A stretch of 64,000 nucleotides of DNA, from positions 64,001 through 128,000 of the IMG/VR virus record IMGVR_UViG_3300042197_002946, one strand, 5' to 3'. The translations under genes were made by a program, and so were the position numbers. Position 1 is the first letter of the stretch; each line of letters begins with the position of its first letter. The stretch comes from a virus. The notes beneath the pieces were generated by a model, which saw only the letters and a list, made by a program, of their open reading frames with translations, ran no database searches and was not told the origin of the DNA. Positions 63,796 through 64,000 of this stretch are shown piece by piece.

Positions 63796-64000
63796 TCAAA
63801 CCTCTCTGTTAATTTCGATAACTCAGATATGATCACATCCTTGTTCATATCCGCTATATCTGTTGTGACAAAATTGGGGGTGTATACATTGTATGTTCTG
63901 GAGCATTTCTTAGATATTACTGACGTAGCCTTGTGTCCAGCTTCGTCGTTATCTAGAAGCAAAACCATTTGCATAGCTCCACTGGTATCGATAAGCATTT
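63792..64000 (-). CDS. dnaG: DNA primase C-terminal TOPRIM fragment (gene begins beyond window)
   Basis: LLLDNDEAGHKA...DIAD TOPRIM DxD pattern; replication context. Confidence 0.7.
   Translation of the reverse strand, partial: MLIDTSGAMQMVLLLDNDEAGHKATSVISKKCSRTYNVYTPNFVTTDIADMNKDVIISELSKLTERFE

Noticed and set aside
1-64000. Stop-codon reassignment, tRNA or rRNA genes
   Set aside because: TAA, TAG and TGA all terminate long genes at tight junctions under code 11; intergenic gaps are too short (about 70 nt at most) and no cloverleaf was seen.

Overview
This window is a very gene-dense, AT-rich segment that looks like part of a large (jumbo-type) tailed phage genome in the standard genetic code. 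It has two convergent arms whose stop codons overlap at 45443-45446. The + arm (1-45446) encodes very large putative virion, tail and adhesin proteins. These are built from RCC1 propellers, Ig-like, F5/8C discoidin, Calx-beta, truncated FGE/C-type-lectin and P-domain-like modules, many joined by long mucin-like Thr/Pro/Ser tracts with Cys-rich caps. The - arm (45443-64000) encodes a glycosylation-type cluster: two intact GT4s, a GT25, degenerate GT-B, nucleotidyltransferase-like and methyltransferase-like ORFs. It also encodes a Vsr/EDxHD-type endonuclease, a Rad52-like annealase, an SSB with its own consensus promoter and terminator, DnaQ, a Cas4/AddB-like nuclease, a dNMP kinase and the end of a primase. 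Two candidate novel systems stand out. (1) A phage 'mucin coat': PT-rich virion adhesins next to phage-encoded active and degenerate glycosyltransferases, reminiscent of streptococcal SRRP/GtfAB. (2) An intein-less DnaE split into two genes at the palm/fingers boundary, with dnaQ and two other genes between the halves. No tRNA, rRNA, CRISPR array or transposase was seen. All domain calls come from motif recognition by eye, not database searches.
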